This document shows positions 21,161 through 29,922 of a stretch of 64,000 bases of DNA, in pieces. Made by a program: the position numbers and the translations under genes. This DNA is from Microcella sp. Lineage in GTDB: Bacteria > Actinomycetota > Actinomycetes > Actinomycetales > Microbacteriaceae. Position 1 is the first letter of the stretch; every line of letters starts with the position of its first letter. The stretch lies in assembly GCF_046296455.1 (NCBI RefSeq), contig NZ_JBKBLF010000004.1:77167-141166 (forward strand), given 5' to 3'. The notes beneath the pieces were generated by a model. That model was not told the DNA's origin. It saw nothing but the letters and a program-made list of their open reading frames with translations, and made no database searches.

Positions 21161-21716
21161 TCAGTCGAGTGCGAGCGGGAGGGGAAGCGTTGAGCGCGGC
21201 AGCAAGCCGGCGCTTGGCGCGTGAGAGCCGAGATTTGACCGTGCCGACCGGCAGGCCGAGTACGAGCGCGGCTTCGCGATCGGTGAGGCCTTCGAGCACG
21301 CAGAGGGTGATGACGTGGCGATCGGACAACGGCAAGTCACGCAACGCGACGCTGGCCGGCCCGTCATCGAGGTGCTCCGCGTGATCATGAGCGTGCTCCT
21401 CCGGCGGCAGTTTGGCGAGCAACGCACGATGGCGGCGGGCGCTGCGCTGCAGGTCCTGCGTCACCCTCGTGGCGGTCACGAGCAGCCACGGCAGGAGCGA
21501 CCCGTCGACCAGTCGCGCATCATCGCGTCTCCGCCACGCCTCGAGGAACACGATCGCGACGGCATCATCGGCATCGGCGACGACCGGTACGAGCCGCAGC
21601 ACGTGCCGGTACACACGGTCGCGGTACCGGTCGAAGATGCGCCCGAAGCCCTCTCCGACGCCGCGCTGGGCCTGGGCCCAATCGTCGCGATCGTCACCGG
21701 CCGGAGGGATGCTCAT
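21138..21716 (-). CDS. ECF (sigma-70 family) RNA polymerase sigma factor
   Basis: Region 2 (FDRYRDRVYRHVLRLV...) and region 4 HTH (LTDREAALVLGLPVGTVKSRLSRAKRRL). Confidence 0.9.
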   Translation of the reverse strand: MSIPPAGDDRDDWAQAQRGVGEGFGRIFDRYRDRVYRHVLRLVPVVADADDAVAIVFLEAWRRRDDARLVDGSLLPWLLVTATRVTQDLQRSARRHRALLAKLPPEEHAHDHAEHLDDGPASVALRDLPLSDRHVITLCVLEGLTDREAALVLGLPVGTVKSRLSRAKRRLAAALNASPPARTRLNGAAHGA

Positions 21717-21767
21717 GCTCTGTAGTGTCCAGCATCGCCCGATCGGTTCCCGCGACGACCGAACGGC

Positions 21768-22592
21768 TCAGTCGAGCTCGGCGACCCTGCGCCGCAGGAA
21801 CGCCGCCCCCGCCGCGTCGTGGATGAGGTCGCCCTCGACCACGACGTCGTAGGGCCGATCGAGCATGCCATCGCCGGGCCGCACATCGACATGCGCCACC
21901 GGGATGCCCCGCGCGTGCACGGCGTCAGCCATCAGGTAGTCCGACCGCGAGTCGCCGACCGACCACCACCGCTCGGCCGACACACCGCGCGCGGCGAACC
22001 AGTCGAGGGCGCGCGCGGCGCCGAGGTCTTTGTCGAGCTGCACCGACTCGACGTCGATCGAGATGATCGTCGGGTCGATGCGGAAGCCCGGCCCGACCTC
22101 GAGCGCTGCCATGAGCCCGGCGATCTCGGCAATGCAGCGCCCACGCGCCTCGAGAAAGACCTCCGACGACACGTCGGTGCGCTGCTCGAGCGAGATCATG
22201 ACGTGCTTGCCGTCGTCGACGAACATCGTGTCGGCGTAATGCTCACGGGCGAGCGACTCGACGGCCGTCTTCAGAGCATCCGGAACCGCGACGACGGTGT
22301 CGATCTCGAGCTCGCCGAGCCCGTGCGGGGTCACAGGGGCCCAGCAGCCGCCCTTCTCGAAGACTCCGAAGACGTGCGCGCGAGCATCCAGACCGCCGGC
22401 CACCAGGCGCGCCACGACCTGCTCGCGCATGAAGGCGTCGCTGCGGCCCGTGATGAACGCGATCGGGATGTTCGCTGCGGCCAGGGTCAGCAGGTCGCTC
22501 ACGATCGAGTCGAGCACGATGCGGCGCTCGATCGGGCTCGCGATGGGGCCGTCGACGTCGAGCAGCAGGCCGAAGGGGGCAGGAGCGGTCAC
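21768..22592 (-). CDS. HAD family hydrolase
   Basis: Track ORF 21768..23792 trimmed to GTG 22592. Motif I LLLDVDGPI, plus a C-terminal GDSRSD motif. Confidence 0.78.
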   Translation of the reverse strand: MTAPAPFGLLLDVDGPIASPIERRIVLDSIVSDLLTLAAANIPIAFITGRSDAFMREQVVARLVAGGLDARAHVFGVFEKGGCWAPVTPHGLGELEIDTVVAVPDALKTAVESLAREHYADTMFVDDGKHVMISLEQRTDVSSEVFLEARGRCIAEIAGLMAALEVGPGFRIDPTIISIDVESVQLDKDLGAARALDWFAARGVSAERWWSVGDSRSDYLMADAVHARGIPVAHVDVRPGDGMLDRPYDVVVEGDLIHDAAGAAFLRRRVAELD

Positions 22593-22600
22593 AGGGTTCC

Positions 22601-23881
22601 TCAGAAGATTCGGTCGGTGTCGACGCCGCAGAGCCGCAGCACCTCGGATGAGAAGCTCGCGGTGCCGAGCGCGAGCACGACGGGCGCGCTGCGCAGCAGG
22701 GCGGGCAGCGCGGCGGCGGTCGCCCACTCGCCGGGCCACTCGTCGCGCTCGGGGTAGTGCAGGTGCACGCGCTCGAGGGCGACGAAGACGACGCGGCCCG
22801 CCAACCCCGCCGCGACGGCGCGGAATCCGGCGAGATCCTTCTCGCTCGGCACCGAGACGAGCGTGAGCGGCGGGGGAGCCCCGGTCTCGCGCTCGACGTG
22901 CGCGAGGGCGTTCTCGAAGCCGTCGCGGCTGACAGCCGAATCGACGAACACCGTCGAGCCCTCGAGCTCGTGCCGCGAGAGACGGCCGGGGTAGTGCACG
23001 CGCGCCGCCGCGACCCGCACCTGCTCGAGCGATGCATCCGGCCGCCCGAGCTCGGCGAGCAGGCGTCGCGCGGCGATCATGCCGTGCGCGGCGTTGATGC
23101 CCGTGAGACCCTCGACGACCGAGCCCGCGTACGGCGCGCGAGCGGCCTCGTCGACGCGCATCCGCTCGGCCCCGATCGCCGCTGCGTGGCGCCGGATGAC
23201 CGCCTCGGCCTCCTCGCTCTGCGCGAGGTGGCTCACGAAGCGAGTGCCGGGCCGCGCGGCGCCGACCTTGTCGTCGGCGATCGCCGCGATCGTCGGCCCG
23301 AGCAGGTCGGTGTGCTCGAGAAACACCTCGGCCATCGCGAGGCCCGTGAGCCCGACGCGCCCGAGGTCGTCGCGCCGGCCGCCGATGCCCGCCTCGAGCA
23401 CGAGCGCCTCGCATCCGGTCGCGGCGAAGTGCGCGAGGCCGGCGGCGAGAAAGAACCCGCTCGGCCCGATGTAGCCCTCGACAGGCTCGGGCAGCGTGCG
23501 CAGCGCCGCGTCGACCCGTTCGAGCAGCGGGACGTAGTCCTCGAGCGGCAGCACCGCGCCGTCGACGCGAAGCCGATCGCGATTGCTCACGAGGCCCGGG
23601 CTGAAGACCGTGCCGACCCGCAGCCCCGTCTCGGCGAGCAGCGCCGAGGCGTAGGCGACCGTGGTGCCCTTGCCTTTGGATCCGACGACGCCGAGGGCGG
23701 GGGCGGGATGCTCGAGGTCGACGCCGAGCGCAGCGGCGAGCATCCCGAACCGGCGGGGGTCGGCCCGCTGCCCGGGCGACCGCGCGCTCCACTCCCGGAA
23801 CGCGGTGCGGGATTCGAGGGCGTCGAGGTCGACCGCTCCGGAATCAGCAGCCGCGGGCACAATGGCGTCATGACCCGTCAC
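22601..23881 (-). CDS. Mur ligase family protein, FolC-like (folylpolyglutamate/dihydrofolate synthase-like)
   Basis: P-loop VVGSKGKGTT, EAGIGGRRDD and IADDKVGA motifs. Start uncertain: GTG 23881 or GTG 23860. Confidence 0.75.
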   Translation of the reverse strand: MTGHDAIVPAAADSGAVDLDALESRTAFREWSARSPGQRADPRRFGMLAAALGVDLEHPAPALGVVGSKGKGTTVAYASALLAETGLRVGTVFSPGLVSNRDRLRVDGAVLPLEDYVPLLERVDAALRTLPEPVEGYIGPSGFFLAAGLAHFAATGCEALVLEAGIGGRRDDLGRVGLTGLAMAEVFLEHTDLLGPTIAAIADDKVGAARPGTRFVSHLAQSEEAEAVIRRHAAAIGAERMRVDEAARAPYAGSVVEGLTGINAAHGMIAARRLLAELGRPDASLEQVRVAAARVHYPGRLSRHELEGSTVFVDSAVSRDGFENALAHVERETGAPPPLTLVSVPSEKDLAGFRAVAAGLAGRVVFVALERVHLHYPERDEWPGEWATAAALPALLRSAPVVLALGTASFSSEVLRLCGVDTDRIF

Positions 23882-24226
23882 TGGAATCCTCGCGCCATCG
23901 TGTTCCTCGTTCTCGCCATCGCCGGCCTCATCGGCACCTGGACCTACAACGTCATCGCCATCATCGAGCGCCGCGACTTCTTCGGCGACTGGTTCGGCAG
24001 CGGCCCGGCCGTCGGCTCGCTCACGATGGACCTGCTCATCATGGCAGTCGCCGCGTGCGCCCTCATCGTCATCGAGGGCCGCCGCCTGGGCATGAAGCAC
24101 CTGTGGGCGTACATCGTGTTCTCGGGGCTCACGGCGATCGCGTTCACGTTCCCGCTCTTCCTCGCCAACCGGGAGCGGCGCTTGCAGCAGCTCGCCGAGC
24201 AGCCCGGACCGACCGCCGCGATGTAG
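23870..24226 (+). CDS. DUF2834 domain-containing membrane protein
   Basis: 118 aa, four TM segments, with the EGRRLGMKHLW signature. ATG 23870 lies within track ORF 22757..24226. Confidence 0.7.
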   Translation: MTRHWNPRAIVFLVLAIAGLIGTWTYNVIAIIERRDFFGDWFGSGPAVGSLTMDLLIMAVAACALIVIEGRRLGMKHLWAYIVFSGLTAIAFTFPLFLANRERRLQQLAEQPGPTAAM

Positions 24227-24230
24227 CGCT

Positions 24231-25511
24231 TCAGTCGAGGACCGGGTCGAGGCGTTCGACCTCGACCTGCACGATGCGCCGGCGCTCCACGCCGCGCACG
24301 ACGAGCCGCACGTCCGCGGTCTCGACCGCGTCGCCATCGTGGGGCATGCGCCCGAGCCGGTCGACCAGGTATCCCGCGATGGTCTCGTACGGTCCGTCGT
24401 CGACGACGACGCCGGTGCGGTCGGCGAACTCCTCGATCGTGAGCGATCCGGGCACGAGCACGGTCGCGTCGATGGCTCCGTCGGTGAGCGCGTCCGTCTC
24501 GTCGTACTCGTCGTAGACCTCGCCGATGAGCTCTTCGACGATGTCTTCGAGCGTCACGATGCCGTCGACGCCGCCGTACTCGTCGACGACGAGGGCGATG
24601 TGGTCGCCGTCGCGGCGCATGCGCGTGAGCGTCGGCAGGATGCGCGCGGTCGACGGAAGGGCCGCGAGCGGGCGCTCGATGCTCGCGATGTCGGCACCCT
24701 CCGGCGCCCACGCCAGGTCGCGCACGTGCACGAAGGTGGTGATCTCGTCGAACCCGCCGTGCAGCACGGGGTAGCGCGAGTACGGCTGCTCGCGGGCCCA
24801 CCGCCGCGCCTCGTCGAGCGAGAGATCACCGCGCACCGCGACCATGTCGGCGCGGTGCCGCATGACCTCGGCGAGCGTGCGATCGGCGGCGTGCAGCACG
24901 TCGCCGACGATCTCGCGCTCCTCGTCGCCGAGACCGTCGTGAGCATCGACGAGCTCACGCAGCTCGTCGTCGCTGATCTGTTCGGCTCGCTGGTGCGGAT
25001 CACCGCCGAAGAGACGCACGACAAGGTTGCTCGAGGCGGCGAGCAACCACACGAGCGGCTTGACGACGACGGCGAAGCCCGCGAGCACGGGCGCCACGAC
25101 GAGCGCGAACGACTCGGCGCGCTGCAGCGCCAGCCGCTTGGGGGCGAGCTCGCCGAACACGAGCGAGGCGTAGGCCACGATGAGGGTCATCGTCATGATC
25201 GAGACGGCCGCGGCCACCGGCTCGGCCATGCCCGCCGCAACGAGGGTGGGCGTGAGGAAGGGCGCGAGCGCTGTGGCTCCGTACGCGGCCGAGAGGAAGC
25301 CCGAGAGGGTCACGCCGATCTGCACCGCGGCGAGGAAGGTGTTGGGGTCGCGGGCGAGAGCGGCGACCCGGGCTCCGCGCGCGCTGCGCTTCTCGAGGGC
25401 GGCGAGCTGCGACTCCCGCAGCGAGACGAGGGCGATCTCCGCGGCAGCGAAGACGCCGCCGATCGCGATGAACAGGGCGATGAGCCCGATCGTGAGCGCG
25501 ATGTCGCTCAT
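24231..25511 (-). CDS. Hemolysin family protein (CNNM/DUF21 TM domain + CBS pair + CorC_HlyC)
   Basis: 426 aa. The N-terminal DUF21 domain (FAAAEIALVSLRESQL), CBS pair and C-terminal transporter-associated domain are arranged as is typical of the family. Confidence 0.88.
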   Translation of the reverse strand: MSDIALTIGLIALFIAIGGVFAAAEIALVSLRESQLAALEKRSARGARVAALARDPNTFLAAVQIGVTLSGFLSAAYGATALAPFLTPTLVAAGMAEPVAAAVSIMTMTLIVAYASLVFGELAPKRLALQRAESFALVVAPVLAGFAVVVKPLVWLLAASSNLVVRLFGGDPHQRAEQISDDELRELVDAHDGLGDEEREIVGDVLHAADRTLAEVMRHRADMVAVRGDLSLDEARRWAREQPYSRYPVLHGGFDEITTFVHVRDLAWAPEGADIASIERPLAALPSTARILPTLTRMRRDGDHIALVVDEYGGVDGIVTLEDIVEELIGEVYDEYDETDALTDGAIDATVLVPGSLTIEEFADRTGVVVDDGPYETIAGYLVDRLGRMPHDGDAVETADVRLVVRGVERRRIVQVEVERLDPVLD

Positions 25512-25604
25512 CGACGGCTCGTATGGTGACAGTCGTCCATCTCTCTAGATTCTCGGGGCTGCCTATGTGCGGGCTGTACCATCGCCGCGAAGATGCCGCA
25601 ACGA

Positions 25605-25637
25605 CGAACGGCCCCGGGCTCTCGCCTCGGGGCCGTT
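25605..25637 (-). terminator. Hairpin GAACGGCCCCG-N11-CGGGGCCGTTC downstream of tRNA-Leu
   Basis: 11-bp GC-rich stem about 55 nt after the tRNA 3' end; the T tail is weak (GTCGTTGCGG). Confidence 0.45.
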
Positions 25638-25692
25638 CACGGCACGTGTGCCGCACTGTCTCAACCAGTTCTGTGTCACGCACTGCGTTCTG

Positions 25693-25776
25693 TGCGCGAG
25701 GGGGGACTTGAACCCCCACGCCCTTTCGGGCACTAGCACCTCAAGCTAGCGCGTCTGCCATTTCCGCCACCCGCGC
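25693..25776 (-). tRNA. tRNA-Leu, anticodon GAG
   Basis: The reverse complement folds as a cloverleaf: acceptor GCGCGGG/CTCGCGC, anticodon stem-loop CTAGC-TTGAGGT-GCTAG, long variable arm TGCCCGAAAGGGCG, T arm GGGGG-TTCAAGT-CCCCC, discriminator A. No encoded CCA. Confidence 0.93.
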
Positions 25777-25892
25777 TGGTTGTGACCGCTCCGCCCGGGG
25801 GCGTCGCGACCGGAGACGACATTAGCACGGATGCCGCGTGCCCTTTTCGCGCGCCGCGTCCCCGGCGCGGTGCGCCCGGTAGCGTTGACGGC

Positions 25893-27254
25893 ATGGCTCC
25901 GGATGCTCCGCTCGACCCGCTCAGCGGCACCGCCCGCATCGCCCGCGACCTCATCCGCTTCGACACCACCAACTACGGCGAGGGCCGCAGCAACGGCGAG
26001 ACCGAGGCAGCCCACTACGTCGAGGCCGAGCTGCGCGACATGGGACTCGAGCCCGTGCTGATCGACGCCGCGCCCGGACGCACGAGCGTCATCGCGCGCG
26101 TCGAAGGCCGGTACGAGCATCCCGTCAGGCAGGGGCCCTCCGAGCATCCCGTCGATCGCACCCGCGGCGAGCGCCCCGCGCTCGTCGTGCACGGCCACCT
26201 CGATGTCGTGCCCGCCGACCCCGCGAACTGGAGCGTCGACCCCTTCGCGGGCGAGATCCGCGATGGGATGCTGTGGGGCCGCGGCGCCGTCGACATGAAG
26301 AATATGGACGCCATGATGCTGACCGCCCTGCGGCAGACGATCGAGACGGGCGGCCCCAACCGCGACCTCGTCGTGGCGTTCTTCTCCGACGAGGAGAACG
26401 GGGGAGTGTTCGGGTCGCACCACGTCGTGACCGAGCATCCGCAGCTCTTCGCCGGCGCGACCGAGGCGATCAGCGAGGTCGGCGGGTACTCCGTCGAGAT
26501 CGCCGGGCGGCGCGCCTACTTGCTGCAGACGGGCGAGAAGGCCCTCGTCTGGATCAAGCTCGTCGCGCGCGGCACCGCGGCGCACGGCTCGCGGGTCATC
26601 GCGAACAACGCCGTCACGAAGCTCGCCGAGGCCGTCGTCGCGCTCGGCCGGCAGCAGTGGCCGCTGCACCTCACCGACACGACGCGGCAGCTGCTCGCCG
26701 AGCTGGCCCGCCTGCTGGATGCCGACCCCAAGCAGATCGGCCCCGACGAGCTGCTGCTGCGCTCGGGTACCGCCGCGGGATTCCTCACCGCGACGATCCG
26801 CACCACGAGCAACCCGACGCTGCTGCAGGCGGGATACAAGCACAACGTCATCCCCGACCGGGCCGAGGCGCTCATCGATATCCGCACGCTGCCGGGGGAG
26901 GAAGACGCCGTGCTCGCCGAGGTGCAGCGCCTCGTCGGCGACGACATCGAGGTCGTCGTCATGCACCGCGACCTCGGGCTCGAGAACCCGTTCAGCGGCG
27001 CACTCGTCGACGAGATGGTCGCGACGCTGCAGCGGCACGACCCCGGCGCCGAGGTGCTGCCGTACCTGCTGAGCGGCGGCACCGACAACAAGGCGCTGAG
27101 CCTGCTGGGCATCACGGGCTACGGCTTCGCGCCGCTCAAGCTCACGCCCGAGCTCGACTTTCCGGCGATGTTCCACGGCGTTGACGAGCGCGTGCCGCTC
27201 GACGCCCTCGACTTCGGGCACGCCGCCCTCACCGACCTGCTCACCCGCTACTAG
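25893..27254 (+). CDS. M20/M25/M40 family metallo-hydrolase (peptidase/deacylase)
   Basis: Track ORF 25782..27254 trimmed to ATG 25893. [16 protein letters not shown] and SDEENGG metal-binding motifs. Confidence 0.85.
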   Translation: MAPDAPLDPLSGTARIARDLIRFDTTNYGEGRSNGETEAAHYVEAELRDMGLEPVLIDAAPGRTSVIARVEGRYEHPVRQGPSEHPVDRTRGERPALVVHGHLDVVPADPANWSVDPFAGEIRDGMLWGRGAVDMKNMDAMMLTALRQTIETGGPNRDLVVAFFSDEENGGVFGSHHVVTEHPQLFAGATEAISEVGGYSVEIAGRRAYLLQTGEKALVWIKLVARGTAAHGSRVIANNAVTKLAEAVVALGRQQWPLHLTDTTRQLLAELARLLDADPKQIGPDELLLRSGTAAGFLTATIRTTSNPTLLQAGYKHNVIPDRAEALIDIRTLPGEEDAVLAEVQRLVGDDIEVVVMHRDLGLENPFSGALVDEMVATLQRHDPGAEVLPYLLSGGTDNKALSLLGITGYGFAPLKLTPELDFPAMFHGVDERVPLDALDFGHAALTDLLTRY

Positions 27255-27265
27255 AACGGCCTCGC

Positions 27266-28132
27266 GTGTCCCTCCTCGAAGCGCTCCTCCTCGGCCTCAT
27301 CCAGGGCCTCACCGAGTTCCTGCCGATCTCGTCGAGCGCGCACCTGCGCATCGTCGGCGAGTTCCTGCCGAGCGCGACCGACCCCGGCGCCACGTTCACT
27401 GCGATCACGCAGCTCGGCACCGAGCTCGCCGTGCTGCTCTACTTCTGGAAGGACATCACGCGCATCATCGCCAAGTGGTTCCGCTCGTTCGGGCCGCGCG
27501 GCGGCTCGCACTCCGAGGGTGGTGAGCGGGGCATCCCGCGCGACGACCCCGATGTGCGCATGGGCTGGCTCATCATCATCGGCACCGTGCCGATCGTGCT
27601 CGTGGGCTTCTTCGCGCAGGAGTACATCCGCTCGAGCTTCCGCTCGCTGTGGATCGTCGCGATCGTGCTCATCGTCTTCGGCATCCTGCTGGGCCTCGCC
27701 GACTGGCTCGGCCGTCGCACGCGCGAGCTCACCGACCTGACCTACCCGCACGGCCTCGCCTACGGCGCGGCGCAGATGCTCGCGCTCATCCCCGGCGTCT
27801 CGCGCTCGGGGGCGACCACGACGATGGGCCTCGCGCTCGGCTACACGCGCCCGGCCGCGGCGCGCTACGCGTTCCTGCTCGCGATCCCTGCCGTCTTCGG
27901 CAGCGGCCTCTACGAGCTCGTCACGGCCATCCGCGAGCCCGGGTCGAGCCCGTTCAGCGGCTTCGAGATCGCGGCCGCCACGGTCGTCGCCTTCGGCGTC
28001 GGCCTCGCCGTCATCGCCGGGCTCATGGCCTACATCTCGAAGCGCTCGTTCCTGCCCTTCGTGATCTACCGCCTGCTGCTCGGCGGCACCCTCATCGTGC
28101 TGCTCTCGACGGGCGTGCTCGACCCGCTGTAG
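27266..28132 (+). CDS. uppP: Undecaprenyl-diphosphate phosphatase
   Basis: [27 protein letters not shown] and the [10 protein letters not shown] motif. Confidence 0.95.
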   Translation: MSLLEALLLGLIQGLTEFLPISSSAHLRIVGEFLPSATDPGATFTAITQLGTELAVLLYFWKDITRIIAKWFRSFGPRGGSHSEGGERGIPRDDPDVRMGWLIIIGTVPIVLVGFFAQEYIRSSFRSLWIVAIVLIVFGILLGLADWLGRRTRELTDLTYPHGLAYGAAQMLALIPGVSRSGATTTMGLALGYTRPAAARYAFLLAIPAVFGSGLYELVTAIREPGSSPFSGFEIAAATVVAFGVGLAVIAGLMAYISKRSFLPFVIYRLLLGGTLIVLLSTGVLDPL

Positions 28133-28174
28133 CGCGGCTCGCGCCGCCGCACGGCCCCGCGCAAGCATCCCCGC

Positions 28175-28275
28175 ATCTCCACAATTCAGGAGGTGGCGAG
28201 TATCGATGCGGCTTTGTGGTGCTCCACCGGCGTGTCGCCGCCCGCAACGCAACGCGACTCCTGAGTTGTGGAGAT
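28175..28275 (+). repeat. 101-nt imperfect-palindromic element, copy 1 (18-nt terminal inverted arms)
   Basis: ATCTCCACAATTCAGGAG ...65 nt... CTCCTGAGTTGTGGAGAT. Colinear with copy 2 at 28698; flanking similarity extends to about 28153-28280. Confidence 0.85.
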
Positions 28276-28383
28276 CAGCGTCGCGGCCCACAACGCCACG
28301 AGACCCGCGCTCAAGTCCGCCAAAGACTGCTGGGTTATCGACGCGCCAGCGATACTGAGGTTCCTACAAATGGGGAGGGGCTC

Positions 28384-28653
28384 GTGAGCGACATGGTGGC
28401 GCCGCCTTTCCTCGTTTGGCTCGTGACGATCTTTTTCATCGCGTTCGGCCTCGTCTCCTTGATTTCGCCGCGATCGGTCACCGAGTTCAACGCTTCCCTC
28501 TTTCGGGCCCTCGGACAGCACAAGAACGAACAGCGAGCGCTCGCGCCATCACAGGTCTTGCAGGTTCGAATCGGGGGCGGAATCGCATTGGGCATCGGCC
28601 TCTTTATGGTCTTCTACCTCACCGTTCAGCCGCTGCTAGCTCCCAGCGGCTAG
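28384..28653 (+). CDS. Small hypothetical two-TM membrane protein (89 aa)
   Basis: GTG 28384 preceded by GGGGAGGGG (alternative ATG 28393). Two hydrophobic helices (FLVWLVTIFFIAFGLVSLI, GGGIALGIGLFMVFYLTV). Visibly more A/T-rich than its surroundings. No family recognised. Confidence 0.5.
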   Translation: MSDMVAPPFLVWLVTIFFIAFGLVSLISPRSVTEFNASLFRALGQHKNEQRALAPSQVLQVRIGGGIALGIGLFMVFYLTVQPLLAPSG

Positions 28654-28697
28654 CGCGAGCTCGTCGGTGGGCGATCGGCCCGCGCGAGCATCCGCTC

Positions 28698-28798
28698 ATC
28701 TCCACGATTCAGGAGGCGCCTGCGTCAGGTGCGGCATCGAGATGCTCCACCGGCGCGTCGCGACCGGAATTGTGACGCCACTCCTGAGTTGTGAAGAT
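28698..28798 (+). repeat. 101-nt imperfect-palindromic element, copy 2
   Basis: ATCTCCACGATTCAGGAG ...65 nt... CTCCTGAGTTGTGAAGAT. Same length and orientation as copy 1; flanking similarity extends to about 28677-28803. Confidence 0.85.
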
Positions 28799-28926
28799 CA
28801 GCGCCTTCAGGCGCGGGCAGTGAGGTGTCGCTCACCCCGACAGTTCGGCGCGACACGCCGAGCGGTGCAGGCGACACGCCGAGGTTCTCGGCAGAACTCC
28901 GGGGCTAGCGGACAGTCGAACAGAGC

Positions 28927-29847
28927 TCAGCCGGCGCCGGGCCCGTCGGTCGGCGGCTCGTCGTCGCGCTTGCGCAGGTAGCGCTCGAACTCCTGCGCGA
29001 TCGCCTCGCCGCTCGCTTCGGGCGCCTCGACGGCGTCGCGCGCGCGCTCGAGCTGGTCGATGTACGAGCGCATCTCGTCGTCGTCGTTCGCGAGGGCGTC
29101 GATGCCCTCCTCCCACTCGCGCGCCTCATCGAGCAGGTCGCCGCGCGGTATGACGACGTCCACGAGCTCTTCGAGCTTGTCGAGCAGGGCGAGCGTCGCC
29201 TTGGGCGAGGGCGCGTTGTGAACGTAATGGGGCACGGATGCCCACAGCGACACTGTCGGAATCCCGGCCCCCTCGGCCATCGCCGCGATCACGCTGAGAA
29301 TGCCGACGGGCCCCTCGTAGCTGCTGCGCTCGACGCCGAGCTCGTCGCGCACCTCGGGGCTCTCGCTCGAGCTGTGGATCGCGATGGGGCGCGTGTGCGG
29401 CACATCGGCGAGCAGGGCCCCGAGCAGGATCACGCCCGTGATGTCGGCCGTGAGCGCCTGGTCGATCGTCTCGGTCGCGAAGGTCTTCCAGCCGCGGGAG
29501 GGCTCGGTGCCCAGCAACAGGTAGATGTTCTCGTGGTTCGTGCCGCTGACCCCGATCGGGTCGTCGGCGATGGTGCGCGCGCGGGGCATCCCGTCGTCGC
29601 CCGCGGGGCCGTACAGCGTGACGCCCGGCCAGCGCAGGCGCCGCTTGCCGTCGTCGTCGAACTCGACGTGGGGCCGGTTGAGCTGGAAGTCGTAGTAGTC
29701 CTCGGGGTCGATGTCGGCGATCGGCACGACGTCGAGCACGTCTTTCAGCGCGCGCACGGCACCGCTCGCGGCCTCGCCGGCGTCGTTCCAGCCCTCGAAG
29801 GCGACCACGAGCAGCCGCCCGCTGCGGAACAGATCGCTCTGCGTCAC
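28927..29847 (-). CDS. PAC2 (proteasome assembly chaperone 2) family protein
   Basis: Track ORF 28927..29907 trimmed to GTG 29847, preceded by AGGAGGGTG. LLVVAFEGWNDAGEAASGAV signature. Confidence 0.85.
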   Translation of the reverse strand: MTQSDLFRSGRLLVVAFEGWNDAGEAASGAVRALKDVLDVVPIADIDPEDYYDFQLNRPHVEFDDDGKRRLRWPGVTLYGPAGDDGMPRARTIADDPIGVSGTNHENIYLLLGTEPSRGWKTFATETIDQALTADITGVILLGALLADVPHTRPIAIHSSSESPEVRDELGVERSSYEGPVGILSVIAAMAEGAGIPTVSLWASVPHYVHNAPSPKATLALLDKLEELVDVVIPRGDLLDEAREWEEGIDALANDDDEMRSYIDQLERARDAVEAPEASGEAIAQEFERYLRKRDDEPPTDGPGAG

Positions 29848-29922
29848 CGATGCACCCTCCTGACGCCCGCGGCCGGTGCCGAGGGGTCGCCCCAGGATAG
29901 AACGCAACTAGACTCGTGCGTC

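Noticed and set aside
21768-23792. 674-aa ORF suggesting one large protein
   Set aside because: Only the C-terminal 274 aa (from GTG 22592) look like a real HAD hydrolase. The upstream part is Arg/Ala-rich and overlaps the FolC-like gene out of frame.
28563-28575. GGTTCGAATC, a tRNA T-loop-like string
   Set aside because: The flanking bases cannot form a T stem or any other cloverleaf arm. It lies inside the micro-gene ORF.
28175-28798. The two hairpin elements as integron attC sites flanking a cassette
   Set aside because: The arms do not fit the R''/R' core consensus (RYYYAAC / GTTRRRY). No intI-like integrase or Pc/attI is present in the window. Only the general cassette-like geometry is similar.
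28667-28981. 104-aa + strand ORF running through element copy 2 into the PAC2 gene
   Set aside because: It has no RBS, an Arg/Ser-rich composition, and its 3' part is antisense to PAC2. It was kept only as a caveat because one frame through the repeats shows synonymous differences.
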